Positions 6,500-18,450 of a stretch of DNA of 45,992 nt are shown here, piece by piece. The DNA comes from an uncultured bacterium (GTDB lineage Bacteria > SAR324 > NAC60-12), in NCBI GenBank assembly GCA_965662235.1, contig CBFIGY010000023.1:1-45992 (forward strand), read 5' to 3'. A model generated the notes under the pieces. It saw nothing but the letters and a program-made list of their open reading frames with translations. It did no database searches and was not told the DNA's origin. Each line of letters opens with the position of its first letter. Position 1 is the first letter of the stretch. The position numbers and the translations under genes were made by a program.

Positions 6500-9232
6500 A
6501 TGCATAAGCTGTTTGATCAGTTTGAGAAGATAGATCGTGATCAGCGCTTCCTAGTGGAGTGCTTTACCGAAATGCTGCACTCCCTGGGCGAATCGTCCAT
6601 CGCAGCACAAATGCCCTGGGTGGGAAACGCCCTGCCGCCGGGAGACGACACCCCGGAGCGCCTAGCACAGGCCTACTCCGTGGGGTTCCAGCTCCTCAAC
6701 ATGGTCGAGGAAAACGCTGCCGCACAGCACCGACGGGCAACCGAAGAGGTCGAGGGCCTCGATCACGTCTCCGGACTCTGGGGGCAGATCTTTCGCCAGC
6801 TCCAGGAGGCGGGGCTGAGTGCTGAGCAAATTGCTGAGCAACTGGCCGACATCCGGGTTGAGCCGGTCCTGACGGCACACCCCACTGAAGCCAAGCGCGC
6901 CTCGGTGCTTGAGCACCACCGGGCCCTGTACCTGCTGCTCCTCAGGCGAGAGAACCAGATGTGGACGCCTCGCGAGCAACGGCGGATCCGCAAGGAGATC
7001 GTCTTTGAACTCGAGCGCATCTGGCGCACCGGAGAGATCTACCTGCAGAAGCCCGAAGTGGTCACGGAGCTGCTCAGTGTGCTGCACTACCTGAAGAAGG
7101 TCTTTCCCAATATTCTCGACATCCTCGACCGTCGACTCCTGCAGGCGTGGGAAGAGGCTGGCTTCGATCCCAAGGCCCTCAACGATCCCGAAAAGCTTCC
7201 CCGCCTCTCCTTTGGAAACTGGGTCGGCGGTGACCGAGACGGGCATCCCGGAGTGACAGCTGAGGTGACCCGTCAAACCCTGGGACGCCTCCGGCATCAT
7301 GCTCTGGACCTCCTTGAAGCTCAGCTCAAGGAACTGGGTCGGCGTCTGAGCCTCTCGGAACTCCGACAGTCTCCTCCTCAGGGCCTGATCCAGCGCATCG
7401 AACAGCACCGGAGCCAAATGGGCGACCTCGCAGAGCCCGCCATTCAGCGCAACATTGGCGAGCCCTGGCGTCAGCTTGTCAACCTGATGCGCTTCCGGCT
7501 GCCCAAAGCGGAACAGACGCACCCTCACGTTTACAAGCGGGACACCGAGCTGTGGGACGACCTCAAGGCCCTCCGGGACTCGCTCCGGGAAGTGGGTGCC
7601 GAGCGGCTGATTGAGGTCGACGTCCACCCCGCCATGCGTCTGGTGCAGACCTTCGGATTTCACATGGCCGTCTTGGACGTTCGGCAGAACAGCGCCTTTC
7701 ACGACCGTGCCGTCACGCAGCTCCTGCAAGCTGCCGGATTTGAGAACCTCGACTTTGCTGAGATGAGCGAGGCCGAGCGGGTGGCCCTGCTGAATCAAGA
7801 ACTGGAATCTCCACGTCCGCTGGTGCGCCTAAACCAGAAGGTGGGACTGGAAGCCGACGCGGTCCGGAGCTGTTATGGCGTCCTCAATGAGCACATCCGG
7901 GAGCACGGCGAAGCAGCGTTGGGCGCCTTGATTGTGAGCATGACCCGCAGCGCCTCGGACCTCCTTACCGTTTACCTCCTGGCCAACGAGTGCGGCCTCA
8001 CGCAACCGGGTGTTGGCGGTCCGGCATGCCCGCTTCCAGTGGTTCCGCTGTTTGAAACCATTGACGACCTCCACCGCAGCCCAGAGATCCTGCGGACCTT
8101 CCTCACGCACCCGATGACCCAGCGCAGCCTAGAGCTGCAACGACAGCGGCAGGGCTTCTCGCGTCCGGTCCAGCAGGTGATGATCGGCTACAGCGACAGT
8201 AACAAAGACGGCGGCATCCTTTCCAGTCACTGGACCCTGCACCGGGCGCAAGAGGCGTTGGTGGAGGTGGGACAGGAGTTCGGCATCCGCATCCGCTTCT
8301 TCCATGGACGGGGCGGCACAATCAGTCGCGGAGCTGGTCCCACGCACCGTTTCATCCGGGCGCTCCCGCACTCGGCTCTTGATGGCGACCTCCGGATGAC
8401 GGAGCAAGGGGAGACGATTGCTCAGAAGTATGCCAACTGGGGCACCGCCCACTTCAACCTGGAGCTGATGATTGCCGGAGTCGCAGGAGCCACCCTCCAG
8501 CAGCGGCATCAACCGAAGCAACGGCATGCGCTGGAGCCCGTGCTGGACGCCCTTGCGGAGTCGAGCCGCGCCACCTACTCCGCGCTTCTGCACAGCCCAG
8601 GCTTCATTGACTACTACAGCCAGGCCACTCCGATTGACGTCATTGAGCAGAGCCGCATCGGTTCCCGTCCTTCCCGAAGAACCGGACAGCGCTCCCTGGA
8701 AGACCTTCGGGCCATTCCGTGGGTGTTTTCCTGGAGTCAGGCACGGTGCTACCTTTCGAGCTGGTACGGCGTTGGAACCGCACTGGAGCGCCTGCAGCAG
8801 GAGCATCCGGAGCAGCTGGAAGCCATCCGTGCCGAGCACCTGCAGTGGCACCCGTTGCACTACATCACCAGCAACGTGGCCACCAGTCTGGCCAACGTTG
8901 ACACTGAGGTGATGACCGAATACGCCCAAATGGTCGAGGATCCGGAGCTGCGGGAACGGTTCTTGGGGCAGATTCTGGAGGAGTATGAGCGGACCACCCG
9001 GATGATGGAATTCCTGTATGAAGGCCCCTTGCAGGAGAAGCGTCCACAGATCCACCGGGTGCTGGAGCTGCGGCATGCCCCGCTGCGGGTGCTGCACCAT
9101 CAGCAGCTTGCGCTCCTGAAGGAGTGGCGTGCCTTGCGACGTGCCGGAGCGTCTCAGGAGTCTGAGACCCTGTTGACGCAGTTGCTGGTCACCGTCAACG
9201 CCATTGCCAGTGGCTTGCGGACCACCGGGTAG
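6500..9232 (+). CDS. ppc: Phosphoenolpyruvate carboxylase
   Basis: Motifs VLTAHPTE, WVGGDRDGHP, VPLFET, QVMIGYSDSNKDGG, FHGRGG.ISRG, RAIPWVFSW.Q.R and C-terminal GLRTTG. ATG at 6500 chosen as start. Confidence 0.97.
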   Translation: MHKLFDQFEKIDRDQRFLVECFTEMLHSLGESSIAAQMPWVGNALPPGDDTPERLAQAYSVGFQLLNMVEENAAAQHRRATEEVEGLDHVSGLWGQIFRQLQEAGLSAEQIAEQLADIRVEPVLTAHPTEAKRASVLEHHRALYLLLLRRENQMWTPREQRRIRKEIVFELERIWRTGEIYLQKPEVVTELLSVLHYLKKVFPNILDILDRRLLQAWEEAGFDPKALNDPEKLPRLSFGNWVGGDRDGHPGVTAEVTRQTLGRLRHHALDLLEAQLKELGRRLSLSELRQSPPQGLIQRIEQHRSQMGDLAEPAIQRNIGEPWRQLVNLMRFRLPKAEQTHPHVYKRDTELWDDLKALRDSLREVGAERLIEVDVHPAMRLVQTFGFHMAVLDVRQNSAFHDRAVTQLLQAAGFENLDFAEMSEAERVALLNQELESPRPLVRLNQKVGLEADAVRSCYGVLNEHIREHGEAALGALIVSMTRSASDLLTVYLLANECGLTQPGVGGPACPLPVVPLFETIDDLHRSPEILRTFLTHPMTQRSLELQRQRQGFSRPVQQVMIGYSDSNKDGGILSSHWTLHRAQEALVEVGQEFGIRIRFFHGRGGTISRGAGPTHRFIRALPHSALDGDLRMTEQGETIAQKYANWGTAHFNLELMIAGVAGATLQQRHQPKQRHALEPVLDALAESSRATYSALLHSPGFIDYYSQATPIDVIEQSRIGSRPSRRTGQRSLEDLRAIPWVFSWSQARCYLSSWYGVGTALERLQQEHPEQLEAIRAEHLQWHPLHYITSNVATSLANVDTEVMTEYAQMVEDPELRERFLGQILEEYERTTRMMEFLYEGPLQEKRPQIHRVLELRHAPLRVLHHQQLALLKEWRALRRAGASQESETLLTQLLVTVNAIASGLRTTG

Positions 9233-9235
9233 GCT

Positions 9236-10117
9236 TCAAGAGAAGCGTGACACCATGACGACCCCAAGGAGCGTCACCAGCATGCCGCCTCCTTGGAGCC
9301 CGTCCAGCTGCTCTCCAAACAGCAGCCACGTCTCCAGCGCCACCAGCGGTGGCACTAGGTAAAACAGGTTCGCCACCCGAGACGCTTCGCCCTTGCGGAT
9401 CAGCAGCATCAGCAGGCTGATGGCTCCCACGGACAACCCCAACACCATCCACGCCAGTGCCCCAATGAGGGGCCACTCCCAGCGCACTTCCCAGTGCTCA
9501 AGCAGCAGCGACATCACCGCAAAGCACAACGCTGCAGCCACACACTGCCAGAAGCTTCCGGCCAGCAAGGGCACGTCCTTTCCGGTGTGCTTCTGGTAAA
9601 CCGTCCCCAGCGAAATCCCAAACAGCGCAATGAGGATTCCCGGAACCGCCAGCGGCGCGGCTCCCAGCACCCGTTCGGCTTCCATGCTGCCCCAAACCGG
9701 ATGCAGCACCAGCGTCACCCCGAGCAGTCCCAGCACCGAGCCCAACCACTGCAGGCGAGAGAGCTGTTCCTTCAGCCAAAACCGCGCCAGCAGCACCGTC
9801 ACAATGGGCTGCAGTCCCACAAGAAGGGAGCTGATTCCAGCCGGCATGCCCTGACGGATGGCCCAAAACACGCCTCCTAGGTAGCACCCGTGAATCAGCG
9901 TGCCCGCCAGCATCTGCTGCCGCACCATCCGTCCCTCCAAGCGTGGCTGACGTAGCAGCAGCAGCATGGTTCCCAAAAACACCGAGGTCAGGAACATTCG
10001 CCAGAACAGAAGCGTCAGTGGCTCAGCATACTGAACCCCGAACTTGGAGCTGATGAACCCCGTGCTCCACAACAGCACAAACACACCGGGCATGATCCGG
10101 ATCAACAGGGAGGGCAT
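9236..10117 (-). CDS. DMT/EamA family transporter
   Basis: About 10 TM; FVLLWSTGFI start, duplicated EamA halves, LFYLVPP and LFGE motifs. Confidence 0.9.
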   Translation of the reverse strand: MPSLLIRIMPGVFVLLWSTGFISSKFGVQYAEPLTLLFWRMFLTSVFLGTMLLLLRQPRLEGRMVRQQMLAGTLIHGCYLGGVFWAIRQGMPAGISSLLVGLQPIVTVLLARFWLKEQLSRLQWLGSVLGLLGVTLVLHPVWGSMEAERVLGAAPLAVPGILIALFGISLGTVYQKHTGKDVPLLAGSFWQCVAAALCFAVMSLLLEHWEVRWEWPLIGALAWMVLGLSVGAISLLMLLIRKGEASRVANLFYLVPPLVALETWLLFGEQLDGLQGGGMLVTLLGVVMVSRFS

Positions 10118-10132
10118 GAGTGAGGGAAAACC

Positions 10133-10534
10133 TTAAGGAATGGGACGACCGTTCTCGAAGCGGCCTTCAAACAGGACCCCAGCCTCTGCATCCGCATAGA
10201 GGGTGCCTGCGCCATGGAAACGACCGGCTCGGAACTCACCGGAGTAGATGCGGAAGCCATTGAGGTCATACAGCGTGCCCTGGCCTTCCGGAAGCCCGTT
10301 GACGAAGGTTCCTTCGTACGCGGCTTTTCCCGAATCCAGCAGCAGACGTCCGGATCCTGAAGGGCGTCCGGCTTCCTGAGCCCCTAAGTAGCGGAGCTTG
10401 CCTTCCTGAAAGTAGGTCTCCGGCGGCACTCCGGGGTCGGGCTCTCGCAAAATGAGGCGGACCTCCCGCAGGTCCTGAGCGCTTCCTCCTGCCGCTAGGA
10501 GCAGGCCGAGGAGGAGCATTACACCATACCGCAT
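10133..10534 (-). CDS. Secreted MORN-repeat protein
   Basis: Signal peptide from MRYGVMLLL; MORN repeats YEGTFVNGLPEGQG, YSGEFRAGRFHGAG and FEGRFENG. Confidence 0.8.
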   Translation of the reverse strand: MRYGVMLLLGLLLAAGGSAQDLREVRLILREPDPGVPPETYFQEGKLRYLGAQEAGRPSGSGRLLLDSGKAAYEGTFVNGLPEGQGTLYDLNGFRIYSGEFRAGRFHGAGTLYADAEAGVLFEGRFENGRPIP

Positions 10535-11550
10535 CAGGGAAGTTGCTTGAACTCGTCTGTGACCGGATCCAGCAGCATCCGCTGCGTCTGGTTCGGAATC
10601 CGCCACTTCAGCACCAACAGCCCTTCCCCAACATCCTCAAAGTTCGGACCATCCATGATCGCATAGAGGCGGACCAGCTCCGGAGGCGTCATGCCCTTCA
10701 GCGGAGGCTCAATGAGGATGGGGATCCGCAAGAAGCCGTTGCGATCAAGGTTCACCCGAGTCGGCATGCGGACGCCCGGGTAGTCGCTTTCCAGCAGCAC
10801 CAGGCCCCCTTCTTTGATGTCCTTGCCACTCTGGCTATCAATGAGCTGGATGCTGAGGAACAGCTTGATCGGCCCGTTGTTCTTTTCCGGAAGCTCATAG
10901 TCTTCCGTTTTCAGCAGCACCTTGCGGGGCAGCGGCTGCACCCGGTCAGACAGGTTGTCGGTGGCCACAAACTGCGGGATCCACTGTCCGGGTTGCAGCA
11001 TGAGGGTCGAGGCGGCATTCTCCACCTCCAGCAGTCCCTCGGACAGGCCAACGGTGGTGCCGTTGCGGGTGCTGTGCCCAAGCCAGATGGACGTGCCCTT
11101 GATGCCGACGGTGGCCACCGGAGTCCGCAACCGCGTGAGCTGTCGTCGCGGCTGAAACCGCCCCTGCAGGCGCCCCTGCTTGAGTTCCATCTGAAACCGG
11201 AAGCTGCGGTCGGTGGTCGGACGTTCCTCCGCTTCCTGGATGAGGAAGTTGCTGTTGGCATAAAGCCGCACCCGGGAGTTGTCTCGGAAGAGGATGGACA
11301 CCTTGGAATCCGTGCTCGTCCGGACCTCTTCTCCAGCGTAAACAAACTGTCCTTCCCGCATCACCTTGAGGCGTCCGCCCGGCTCCACCACCTGAATGAT
11401 CCCTTCAAGCTGCACCAGGGTGGCGACCGTGTTGGTGCCCTGCGCCCAGCCAGAGCCGGAACCCGTCAGGGCCAGGAAGAGCAGTCCAAGGAAGAGGATC
11501 CACCGAAACGACCGGTGGGGCAAACAGGATTGGGGATTCACGTGATTCAT
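10534..11550 (-). CDS. FecR-domain periplasmic protein
   Basis: Start MNHVNP overlaps the upstream stop (ATGA). Signal/TM segment, then FecR-like motifs VRT..DS...LF.DNS.VRL..NS, TPVATVGIKGT and V.L.EG.LEV. Confidence 0.8.
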   Translation of the reverse strand: MNHVNPQSCLPHRSFRWILFLGLLFLALTGSGSGWAQGTNTVATLVQLEGIIQVVEPGGRLKVMREGQFVYAGEEVRTSTDSKVSILFRDNSRVRLYANSNFLIQEAEERPTTDRSFRFQMELKQGRLQGRFQPRRQLTRLRTPVATVGIKGTSIWLGHSTRNGTTVGLSEGLLEVENAASTLMLQPGQWIPQFVATDNLSDRVQPLPRKVLLKTEDYELPEKNNGPIKLFLSIQLIDSQSGKDIKEGGLVLLESDYPGVRMPTRVNLDRNGFLRIPILIEPPLKGMTPPELVRLYAIMDGPNFEDVGEGLLVLKWRIPNQTQRMLLDPVTDEFKQLP

Positions 11551-12530
11551 TGCTTCTTCCGAAAGTCTTGGACCAGCTCCAGAATGTTGCGAATGACCGC
11601 ATCCGGACGATCCAGGTACAAGTAGTGTCCAGCCCCCGGCACCTGCTCCAAGGCGTCTAGCCCTCCGGAGGCGGCGATCTCCTGCTGCATGCCCAGCCAG
11701 ATGGATTCGGCTTCTCGAGGCATCTGTGGCTTCCCAGGAATGAGCACCCGGATGGGGACACCGGAGAGGTTGTCCAACGAGCCCTCGTCCTGAAGCGTCT
11801 GCGACATCAGCAGCCACTCCTCGGTGTTCGCCTGCAGAGACTGTGGAATCAGGGACTGCGCCATGGAAAGCGCATTGAGCGGAAACCGGTCTGGAACCAC
11901 AGGTCCAAACAGCCACTGATAGACCCGTTCAGCACCGGTCACGCTCGAGAGCCAGGCCATTGCCCGCCACTTGAGGTGATCGCTTTCCAGCACCTCTGGG
12001 CCAAAGAATTCCTCTTGCCGAGGGTGAGACGAGTCGAGGAAGACCATTCCGGCCACCTGATCCTTCTGCTCCCGGTAGAAGAGCCGGATCAGCGAACCTC
12101 CGAGCGAGTGCCCCACCAGCAGATACGGTCCCTTTTCCCCACTCTGGGCCAGCAGGCGTTGCAGCTCTAGGCTCATGTTGCGGCCGCGGCGAGGCAGAGG
12201 ACTGGGGTCGCTCCAGTTGTGTCCGGCCCGGTCATAGGAACACGCCCGGGTGCTCTTGGAAACCTCGGCCTGCAGGTCGCTCCAGATCAGCGATCCCTGC
12301 GGACCGAGCCCCGCCTCCAGGATCACTGTAGGAGCCCCGCGCCCCACGCAGTTAAGGTGGAGGCGATAATTTCCTATGGCCACCATCTTTCCGGGAGCCG
12401 GAAAACGCTGGACGACCTGCTGCCGGAGCTTCCACTCTGCAACACTGCCCAGGCCCACGGCCCCGATCCCCACAAAGAGGATAAATAAAATCAATAAAAA
12501 CAGTGTCCGGAACAACCGGAAAAACCACAT
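11547..12530 (-). CDS. Membrane-anchored alpha/beta hydrolase
   Basis: YDRAG, nucleophile GHSLGG and GAGHY motifs; N-terminal TM. Confidence 0.88.
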   Translation of the reverse strand: MWFFRLFRTLFLLILFILFVGIGAVGLGSVAEWKLRQQVVQRFPAPGKMVAIGNYRLHLNCVGRGAPTVILEAGLGPQGSLIWSDLQAEVSKSTRACSYDRAGHNWSDPSPLPRRGRNMSLELQRLLAQSGEKGPYLLVGHSLGGSLIRLFYREQKDQVAGMVFLDSSHPRQEEFFGPEVLESDHLKWRAMAWLSSVTGAERVYQWLFGPVVPDRFPLNALSMAQSLIPQSLQANTEEWLLMSQTLQDEGSLDNLSGVPIRVLIPGKPQMPREAESIWLGMQQEIAASGGLDALEQVPGAGHYLYLDRPDAVIRNILELVQDFRKKQ

Positions 12531-12650
12531 TGCTGTCTTCTCTTTCGTACTAAGCCTGCGCAGGCAGTTGTCTTTGAAAGCCGAAGGCCAACAGGCGCCC
12601 CTCGGTGTTCGCCTCGGATGTGCAGGATTTGGGCAAACCTGCTCATTCCG

Positions 12651-13634
12651 TCAAGAACCGGTCAGCAGGCGCTTCATCGTGTCCCAAAAAGACGCGGGAG
12701 GCGCCTCAGGTTCCGCCAGTGGCGCCTGCAGGCACTGCACAAAGGAGCTTCCAAGGTTTTGCAGAAGTTGGACGTACAGGTCCGTTCCCTCTGGGAGATC
12801 CGCCCCCAAGGGGTCCAGCACCCCCTGCTGAACGGGCATCCCCTCCGTGAGCGCGGTCACCAGCTTGGGGGGGAACTGAGGCTCCGTGAAGATGCACCGC
12901 ACCTCAGCCCGCTGGAGCCGTTCTCGGATCACGCGCAGGTGCCCGGCGCCCGGAGGACGGTCGGGGTTGACCGCAATCCAATCCACTGGTTCCAGGCCAT
13001 AGCGCTTTTCAAAGTACTGATAGGCATCATGAAAGACAATGTACGGCGCTCCCTGAAGGGGCTGAAGCTGCTGGCGCAGGCTCAGGTCTAGGTTGGCCAG
13101 CCGACGCTGCACCTCCTGCAGGTTGCTGAGGTACTGAGCGGAGTGTTCCGGATCCGCTTCCACCAGCCGCTGAGCAATGGCGCTGACCATCCCCTGAGCG
13201 TTGTGCGGACTGAGCCAGAGGTGCGGATCGTGAGGGCCGGCGGCCGTGTGATCGTGTTCTGCGTGCGCGTCAAGGGGCTCACCCGGCGTCTCCCGGGGGG
13301 CAAGCAGCGTGAGGCCCTCTGCCTCTGCCAACGGCACCACCCGTACCGCGTCCGGGAGCCCCTGCAGGAACCGCGGCAGAAATGGTTCGGTCTCTGGACC
13401 CAACCAAAATACCAAATCGGCCTCCTGCAACGCCGTCACCTCGCTCGGTTTCAGCGCATACTGATGCGGCGAGGCGCTTCCGGACACCAGTAGCGTGGGC
13501 TGCCCCACACCCTCCATCACCCCAGACACCAGCGAATGCACCGGCTTGATCGACACCACCACCTGCGGGACCTGCGCCCCCACTTCTCCTACCACTGTGC
13601 TCCAGAGCAACAGCCCCACTAACCACCGACTCAC
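12651..13634 (-). CDS. znuA: Zinc ABC transporter substrate-binding protein
   Basis: SIKP, ASPH.Y.LKPS, His-rich loop HAEHDH, DPHLWL and FHDAYQYFE motifs; divergent from zur-znuCB. Confidence 0.93.
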   Translation of the reverse strand: MSRWLVGLLLWSTVVGEVGAQVPQVVVSIKPVHSLVSGVMEGVGQPTLLVSGSASPHQYALKPSEVTALQEADLVFWLGPETEPFLPRFLQGLPDAVRVVPLAEAEGLTLLAPRETPGEPLDAHAEHDHTAAGPHDPHLWLSPHNAQGMVSAIAQRLVEADPEHSAQYLSNLQEVQRRLANLDLSLRQQLQPLQGAPYIVFHDAYQYFEKRYGLEPVDWIAVNPDRPPGAGHLRVIRERLQRAEVRCIFTEPQFPPKLVTALTEGMPVQQGVLDPLGADLPEGTDLYVQLLQNLGSSFVQCLQAPLAEPEAPPASFWDTMKRLLTGS

Positions 13635-13669
13635 GGCTCCTTCTCCTGACTTGGAAAAATAAATTAGTA

Positions 13670-13684
13670 TGTTATACTATCACA
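13670..13684. promoter_or_regulatory. Zur box in the znuA/zur divergent promoter
   Basis: TGTTATAcTATCACA has one mismatch to the proteobacterial Zur palindrome TGTTATA-N-TATAACA; AT-rich context. Confidence 0.85.
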
Positions 13685-13728
13685 AAAAAATCAAAACCTC
13701 TTTTGATTCCCAGCCCTTGCCCGGCTCC

Positions 13729-14211
13729 ATGACCATATCCGATCCCGCTCCCTTCCCGGAAGAGTCTCACGACCACCGGCTCTGCATCAACGGCATCCTC
13801 ACGCACGCTGAGGCCGTCTGCAAACGCCGGCAGGTTCGGCTGACGCAGCAACGACGTCAGGTGCTCCAGATTGTGGCGTCCAGTCACACCCCCCTGGGGG
13901 CCTACGAAATCCTGGAACGTTTGGAAGACACCAAGAAGCGTAAGGCGCCCATCACGGTCTACCGGGCCTTGGATTTCCTCATGGAGCAGGGCCTCGTGCA
14001 CCGCCTCGCCAGCCTCAACGCCTTCATCGCCTGCTTCCACAGCTCTCCGGAACACACCGCCCAGTTCTTCATCTGCCGGGAGTGCCACAACGTCGCCGAG
14101 CTGCACAGCGATCGCGTCACCCTCGCCCTCCGTAAGGATGCACAGGCCGCTGGGTTTCAGGTGGATGAGCAAACGGTGGAAATCAGCGGCCTCTGCTCTC
14201 ACTGCGCCTGA
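13729..14211 (+). CDS. zur: Zinc uptake regulator (Fur family)
   Basis: HDH..C, RLT.QR..VL, P.TVYRALDFL, two CxxC motifs (CREC, CSHC); cotranscribed with znuCB. Confidence 0.93.
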   Translation: MTISDPAPFPEESHDHRLCINGILTHAEAVCKRRQVRLTQQRRQVLQIVASSHTPLGAYEILERLEDTKKRKAPITVYRALDFLMEQGLVHRLASLNAFIACFHSSPEHTAQFFICRECHNVAELHSDRVTLALRKDAQAAGFQVDEQTVEISGLCSHCA

Positions 14212-14213
14212 CC

Positions 14214-14975
14214 ATGACCCCCGTTCCCCTGCTCCAAGCGGAGCACCTGTCCTTTCACACCAACCGGCATGTGCTGATTGACGACGTCTCCATGGAGGTC
14301 TCTTCCGGAGAAATTGTCACCATCGTGGGTCCCAACGGCGCAGGCAAAACGACCCTGCTCCGTTTGCTCCTTGGCCTGCTTCGCCCCTCTCACGGCACGC
14401 TGCTCCGGCGTCCGAAGCTGCGCATCGGTTACCTGCCACAGAAGCTGCCTGTGGACCCTGTTCTGCCGCTGTCGGTGTACCGGATGATGACGCTCACCAA
14501 GAAGCACTCCCGGCCTCAGGTCCGGGAAGCCTTAGCCGAAACCGGCATTGAGGACCTGCTCAACGAGCCCGTCCAGACCCTTTCCGGCGGAGAGTTTCAG
14601 CGCATGATGCTTTCACGAGCCCTGCTGCAGAATCCGGAACTGCTGGTGCTGGATGAGCCGGTTCAGGGCGTCGATTACATGGGGGAAGCCGAACTGTACC
14701 GCCTGATTGGGCGACTCCGGAAGGAACGCGGGTGCGGCATCCTCATGGTCTCACACGACCTGCACGTCGTCATGGCGTCCACTGACCGGGTGGTCTGCCT
14801 GAACCAGCACGTCTGCTGCGAAGGGCAACCGCACGACGTCACCCGGCATCCGGAATACGTCCGCCTCTTCGGGGCCGAGTCCGGGGCGGCTCTTGCGGTT
14901 TATCAGCACCACCACGACCACACGCATGATTCCTCAGGACACGCCCCCGCCCACTCTTCCGTTGAGGAGGCGTGA
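14214..14975 (+). CDS. znuC: Zinc ABC transporter ATP-binding protein
   Basis: GPNGAGKTT, LSGGE.QR, LDEP.QGVD, CLN.HVCC.G.P and a His-rich tail. Confidence 0.95.
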   Translation: MTPVPLLQAEHLSFHTNRHVLIDDVSMEVSSGEIVTIVGPNGAGKTTLLRLLLGLLRPSHGTLLRRPKLRIGYLPQKLPVDPVLPLSVYRMMTLTKKHSRPQVREALAETGIEDLLNEPVQTLSGGEFQRMMLSRALLQNPELLVLDEPVQGVDYMGEAELYRLIGRLRKERGCGILMVSHDLHVVMASTDRVVCLNQHVCCEGQPHDVTRHPEYVRLFGAESGAALAVYQHHHDHTHDSSGHAPAHSSVEEA

Positions 14976-15763
14976 TGCTGCTGGATGATTTCCTCTGGCG
15001 AGCCCTGATTGCCGGAGTTGGGGTGGCCTTGGTTTCCGGACCCCTCGGTTGCTTTGTCGTCTGGAGGCGGATGGCCTACTTTGGCGATACCATGGCGCAT
15101 TCGGCACTTTTTGGAGTGGCCCTCGGGTTCCTGCTGGGCATCGACCTCATGCTTGGGGTCTTTGTCACCGGGCTGCTGGTGGCGCTCCTGCTTTCCGGAC
15201 TGCTGCAGCAAAAGCGACTTTCTGGAGATGCGGTGCTCGGAACCCTCTCGCATGCGTCTCTTTCTCTGGGCATCCTCACCCTGAGCTTCATGAGCGGCCT
15301 GCGGGTGGACCTGATGGGGTACCTGTTTGGGGACATTCTTTCGGTTTCCAAAGCGGATCTGGTTTGGATTTACGGAGGAGGAGCCGTGGCGCTCCTGCTG
15401 CTGTGGCGGCTGTGGCGTCCGCTCCTGGCGGTGACCGTCAGCGAGGAGCTGGCGCAGGCGGAAGGCCTGCAAGCATCGCTCTATCAGCTGGTCCTGATGC
15501 TCCTCATTGCAGCCGTGATTGCGCTGGCAATGAAGATTGTCGGCATCCTCCTCATCACCTCGCTCCTGATCATTCCGGCCGCCGCGGCCCGGCACTTCAG
15601 CCAGACTCCTGAGCAGATGGCCGGACTGGCGGCGCTGCTGGGAGTGAGCGCTGTGGTGATCGGACTCGGGGCCTCTCTGGAATTCGACACGCCATCTGGG
15701 CCCACCATTGTCACAGCCGCAGTGGGGCTCTTTTTCCTCAGCCTGCTCAAACCCTCTCGCTGA
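14972..15763 (+). CDS. znuB: Zinc ABC transporter permease
   Basis: [30 protein letters not shown] and [10 protein letters not shown] motifs. Confidence 0.95.
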   Translation: MMLLDDFLWRALIAGVGVALVSGPLGCFVVWRRMAYFGDTMAHSALFGVALGFLLGIDLMLGVFVTGLLVALLLSGLLQQKRLSGDAVLGTLSHASLSLGILTLSFMSGLRVDLMGYLFGDILSVSKADLVWIYGGGAVALLLLWRLWRPLLAVTVSEELAQAEGLQASLYQLVLMLLIAAVIALAMKIVGILLITSLLIIPAAAARHFSQTPEQMAGLAALLGVSAVVIGLGASLEFDTPSGPTIVTAAVGLFFLSLLKPSR

Positions 15764-15770
15764 TCCCATC

Positions 15771-16724
15771 ATGTCTACGGATTCTCGCATTCCGGTCACC
15801 GTCCTTGCCGGCTTCCTGGGGTCAGGCAAAACCACCCTGCTGAACCGCATCCTCAAGGAACGTCATGGACAGCGCATTGCCGTCATTGAAAACGAGTTCG
15901 GGGAGATCGCCGTGGACGGGGAGCTGGTGGTGGGCGTGGGAGACAACCTGCTGGAGCTGAGCAACGGCTGCGTCTGCTGCACCCTCCGGGATGACCTGGC
16001 GCTGACGGTCGATCGACTCATCCTCCGCCGAGATCAGTTTGACGCCATCTTGGTTGAAAGTACCGGGCTCGCCAGTCCCGGACCCATCGTCCAGACCTTT
16101 GTCGGCGACCTGAACATGCGCGAGAAGGTCCGGATGGACGCCGTGGTCACCCTCGTTGATGCCTTGCACCTGCCTCAGCAACTGCACGACGAGGATGTGG
16201 TTCGAGACCAGATCGCCTTTGCCGACCGACTGATCCTCAACAAAACCGACCTTGTCTCGCCAGAGACCCTCGCTGAGCGAGAAGCGCTCCTCCGGACCCT
16301 CAACCCCAGCGCCCCCATCTTTCCCACTGTGGAGACGGAAGTTCCGTTGGAGACCCTGCTCCAGGCCCAGGCCTTTGACCTAGACGCGGTTTCCTCAGTT
16401 CCGTCTCACTCCCACTCCCATGACGCTGAAGAGGTCACTTCCGTGGGCCTGGAGGTGGAAGGCGAGCTGGACGTGGACCGGTTCAACAACTGGCTGAATC
16501 AGGCTCTACAGATGACTTCCGGAACCCTCTACCGCATGAAGGGGGTCATCGCCTTTGCTGGTGAACCCGACCGCTTTGTGTTTCAAGGGGTTTACTCGCT
16601 GCTGGAGGGCAAACGGGACCGTCCGTGGGGTCCGGAGGAGCCCCGGCTCAACCGGGTGATCTTCATTGGGCGTCAGCTCGACCGCTCGTTGCTCGTGGAG
16701 GGCTTTCGCCACTGCCTGGTCTAA
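15771..16724 (+). CDS. COG0523/CobW-family zinc metallochaperone GTPase
   Basis: [32 protein letters not shown] and a CobW_C domain (RMKG, QGV); 7 bp after znuB. Confidence 0.92.
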   Translation: MSTDSRIPVTVLAGFLGSGKTTLLNRILKERHGQRIAVIENEFGEIAVDGELVVGVGDNLLELSNGCVCCTLRDDLALTVDRLILRRDQFDAILVESTGLASPGPIVQTFVGDLNMREKVRMDAVVTLVDALHLPQQLHDEDVVRDQIAFADRLILNKTDLVSPETLAEREALLRTLNPSAPIFPTVETEVPLETLLQAQAFDLDAVSSVPSHSHSHDAEEVTSVGLEVEGELDVDRFNNWLNQALQMTSGTLYRMKGVIAFAGEPDRFVFQGVYSLLEGKRDRPWGPEEPRLNRVIFIGRQLDRSLLVEGFRHCLV

Positions 16725-16758
16725 AAGCACCTGCTTTCCACTTCTCTGCTTGATCGTT

Positions 16759-16774
16759 TAGCGAAAATTCGCTA
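16759..16774. promoter_or_regulatory. Operator-like dyad upstream of pckA
   Basis: TAGCGAA-AA-TTCGCTA, a perfect 7-bp inverted repeat in the intergenic region. Confidence 0.45.
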
Positions 16775-16845
16775 TTTAATTGTTTTTCGTCATTTCAGAC
16801 GCCCGCCTGGTCCTCCTGGACCACCCATCCCCAAGGAGAGAGACA

Positions 16846-18438
<1,593 letters not shown>

Positions 18439-18450
18439 GGCCACTGCCGC

